The notes beneath the pieces were generated by a model. The model saw only the letters and a program-made list of their open reading frames with translations, did no database searches and was not told the origin of the DNA. A stretch of DNA of 64,000 bases from Acidobacteriota bacterium (GTDB taxonomy: Bacteria > Acidobacteriota > Thermoanaerobaculia > Multivoradales > SZUA-115), in the NCBI GenBank assembly GCA_024277255.1, contig JAJRVQ010000197.1:40991-104990 (forward strand). Direction: 5' to 3'. Made by a program: the position numbers and the translations under genes. Of the stretch, positions 63,085 through 64,000 are shown piece by piece. Position 1 is the first letter of the stretch. The number at the start of each line of letters is the position of its first letter.

Positions 63085-64000
63085 ATGCCACGAATTTCCT
63101 CTCTCGCCTCTCTCTTCCTCCTCGCCTCTCTGGCCCCCCTCCAGGCGACCCCGGACCTCTGTGCCGTTCGCGGCATCGAGAGCGAGTCGCTCTACGGCGC
63201 CTCCAGGCGGATCGAATGGAGCGACCCACTCAACCAAGCGGCGCTGGAACTGCGACTCAACGGTGAGAGAATCGAGCCCGGCTATGTGGTCCAAGATGAC
63301 GGCGAGTACCTACTGGAGATCTTCGCCAGCGGCCCGAAGCTAGAGCCGTTGGTCTGCCCGCCGATCAGCTTCACCCTCGACACCACCCCGCCACAGTTGC
63401 GCTTTGATCGCCCAGAGTGGCTCCCCGCCGGAGCGGCGCCCAGGCTAGAAGTGACCGAGGCCCATCCAGCGGCCCGCAAGCCGGAGTTCTTCCTCAACGG
63501 CGAGCCCTACGACCCGGCCACGCCACCGCCCCCCGGGGAGTACGAACTGGAAGCGGTGGTCTATGACCAAGCCGGCCACCGCTCTAGCCTAACCACCCCT
63601 TACGAGGTCTACCCGTGGTGCGAGCCCACTTCGTGGGTGCAATACCAGCCGGCCACGGCACGCCTCTCCGCCGCCCACTATTTCCCCTGGTACACGGCCA
63701 CCGCCTCCTGCCCGGCCAACAATCCCTGGTGCAATTGCTTCTGGGGACCCAAGCCGCAGAACCCGCAACCGGCCCGCGGTTTCTACGGCAGCAGCGATCA
63801 GGCCACGGTCAACGCCCAGCTGGCCCAAATGGCGGCCCACGGCATCGATATCGTCTCTCTCGAATGGACCGGCAACGGCTACCAAGAGAGCAATCTGCTG
63901 AACAAGGTGATCCCACGGGTGGGGGCCTACGGGATGAAGTTCGTAGTCTTCTATGACACGGGGGTGCGACTCAGAACGGGGGCAATTGGTGCGCCTATCG
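63085..64000 (+). CDS. secreted protein, N-terminal Ig-like region + GH99-like (endo-alpha-mannosidase-like) glycoside hydrolase start; truncated by window end
   Basis: I translated this by hand, since it is not in the track (no stop before 64000). GGAGG is 11 nt upstream. Signal MPRISSLASLFLLASLAPLQA. HYFPWY...GFYGSSDQATVNAQLAQMAAHGIDIVSLEW resembles the GH99 N-terminal pattern. The frame is open to the last base. Confidence 0.6.
   Translation, partial: MPRISSLASLFLLASLAPLQATPDLCAVRGIESESLYGASRRIEWSDPLNQAALELRLNGERIEPGYVVQDDGEYLLEIFASGPKLEPLVCPPISFTLDTTPPQLRFDRPEWLPAGAAPRLEVTEAHPAARKPEFFLNGEPYDPATPPPPGEYELEAVVYDQAGHRSSLTTPYEVYPWCEPTSWVQYQPATARLSAAHYFPWYTATASCPANNPWCNCFWGPKPQNPQPARGFYGSSDQATVNAQLAQMAAHGIDIVSLEWTGNGYQESNLLNKVIPRVGAYGMKFVVFYDTGVRLRTGAIGAPI

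Overview
High-GC, gene-dense chromosomal segment. Most hand-sampled 60-nt lines are 62-77% GC. I call about 50 CDS and one tRNA-Pro(CGG). I recognised no rRNA, CRISPR array, transposase, integrase or phage genes. The gene content (a TIGR03436-like VWFA protein, many secreted peptidases, a POT peptide transporter, FG-GAP/ASPIC and giant adhesin-like proteins) fits an Acidobacteriota-like proteolytic heterotroph, but that taxon call is inference only. Housekeeping genes recognised by motif are pyrD, gap, fumC, dgkA, fadJ-like, an ABC-F ATPase, rodZ, an amidase and a CCA/poly(A) polymerase-family enzyme. Main points of interest: (1) a GrdB/PrdB-family gene split in the ORF track by an in-frame TGA that gives a UxxC motif, with a SECIS-like hairpin 10 nt downstream, so probably a selenoprotein; (2) a translationally coupled four-gene module (ECF sigma, lipoprotein-like TPR-CHAT caspase-like protease, single-pass anti-sigma-like protein, secreted subtilase-like protein with altered catalytic motifs) divergent from (3) a 1726-aa secreted mosaic protein with FN3, a 24-Gly tract, DNRLRE/CBM96-like, Big_2, a VWD domain with GDPH, and a canonical C-type lectin domain, whose central ~2 kb has clearly lower GC; (4) a small secreted protein with four 13-aa tandem repeats (AGSGMDPDGxxVE) next to an exported PhnP/PqqB-like MBL enzyme; (5) a near-consensus sigma54 promoter in front of an orphan-protein/NtrC/histidine-kinase operon; (6) several apparently leaderless gene starts; (7) a PIN/Phd toxin-antitoxin pair in toxin-first order with a palindromic operator; (8) an orphan octaheme HAO-family lipoprotein. 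All functions come from motifs read by eye. No database search was run.
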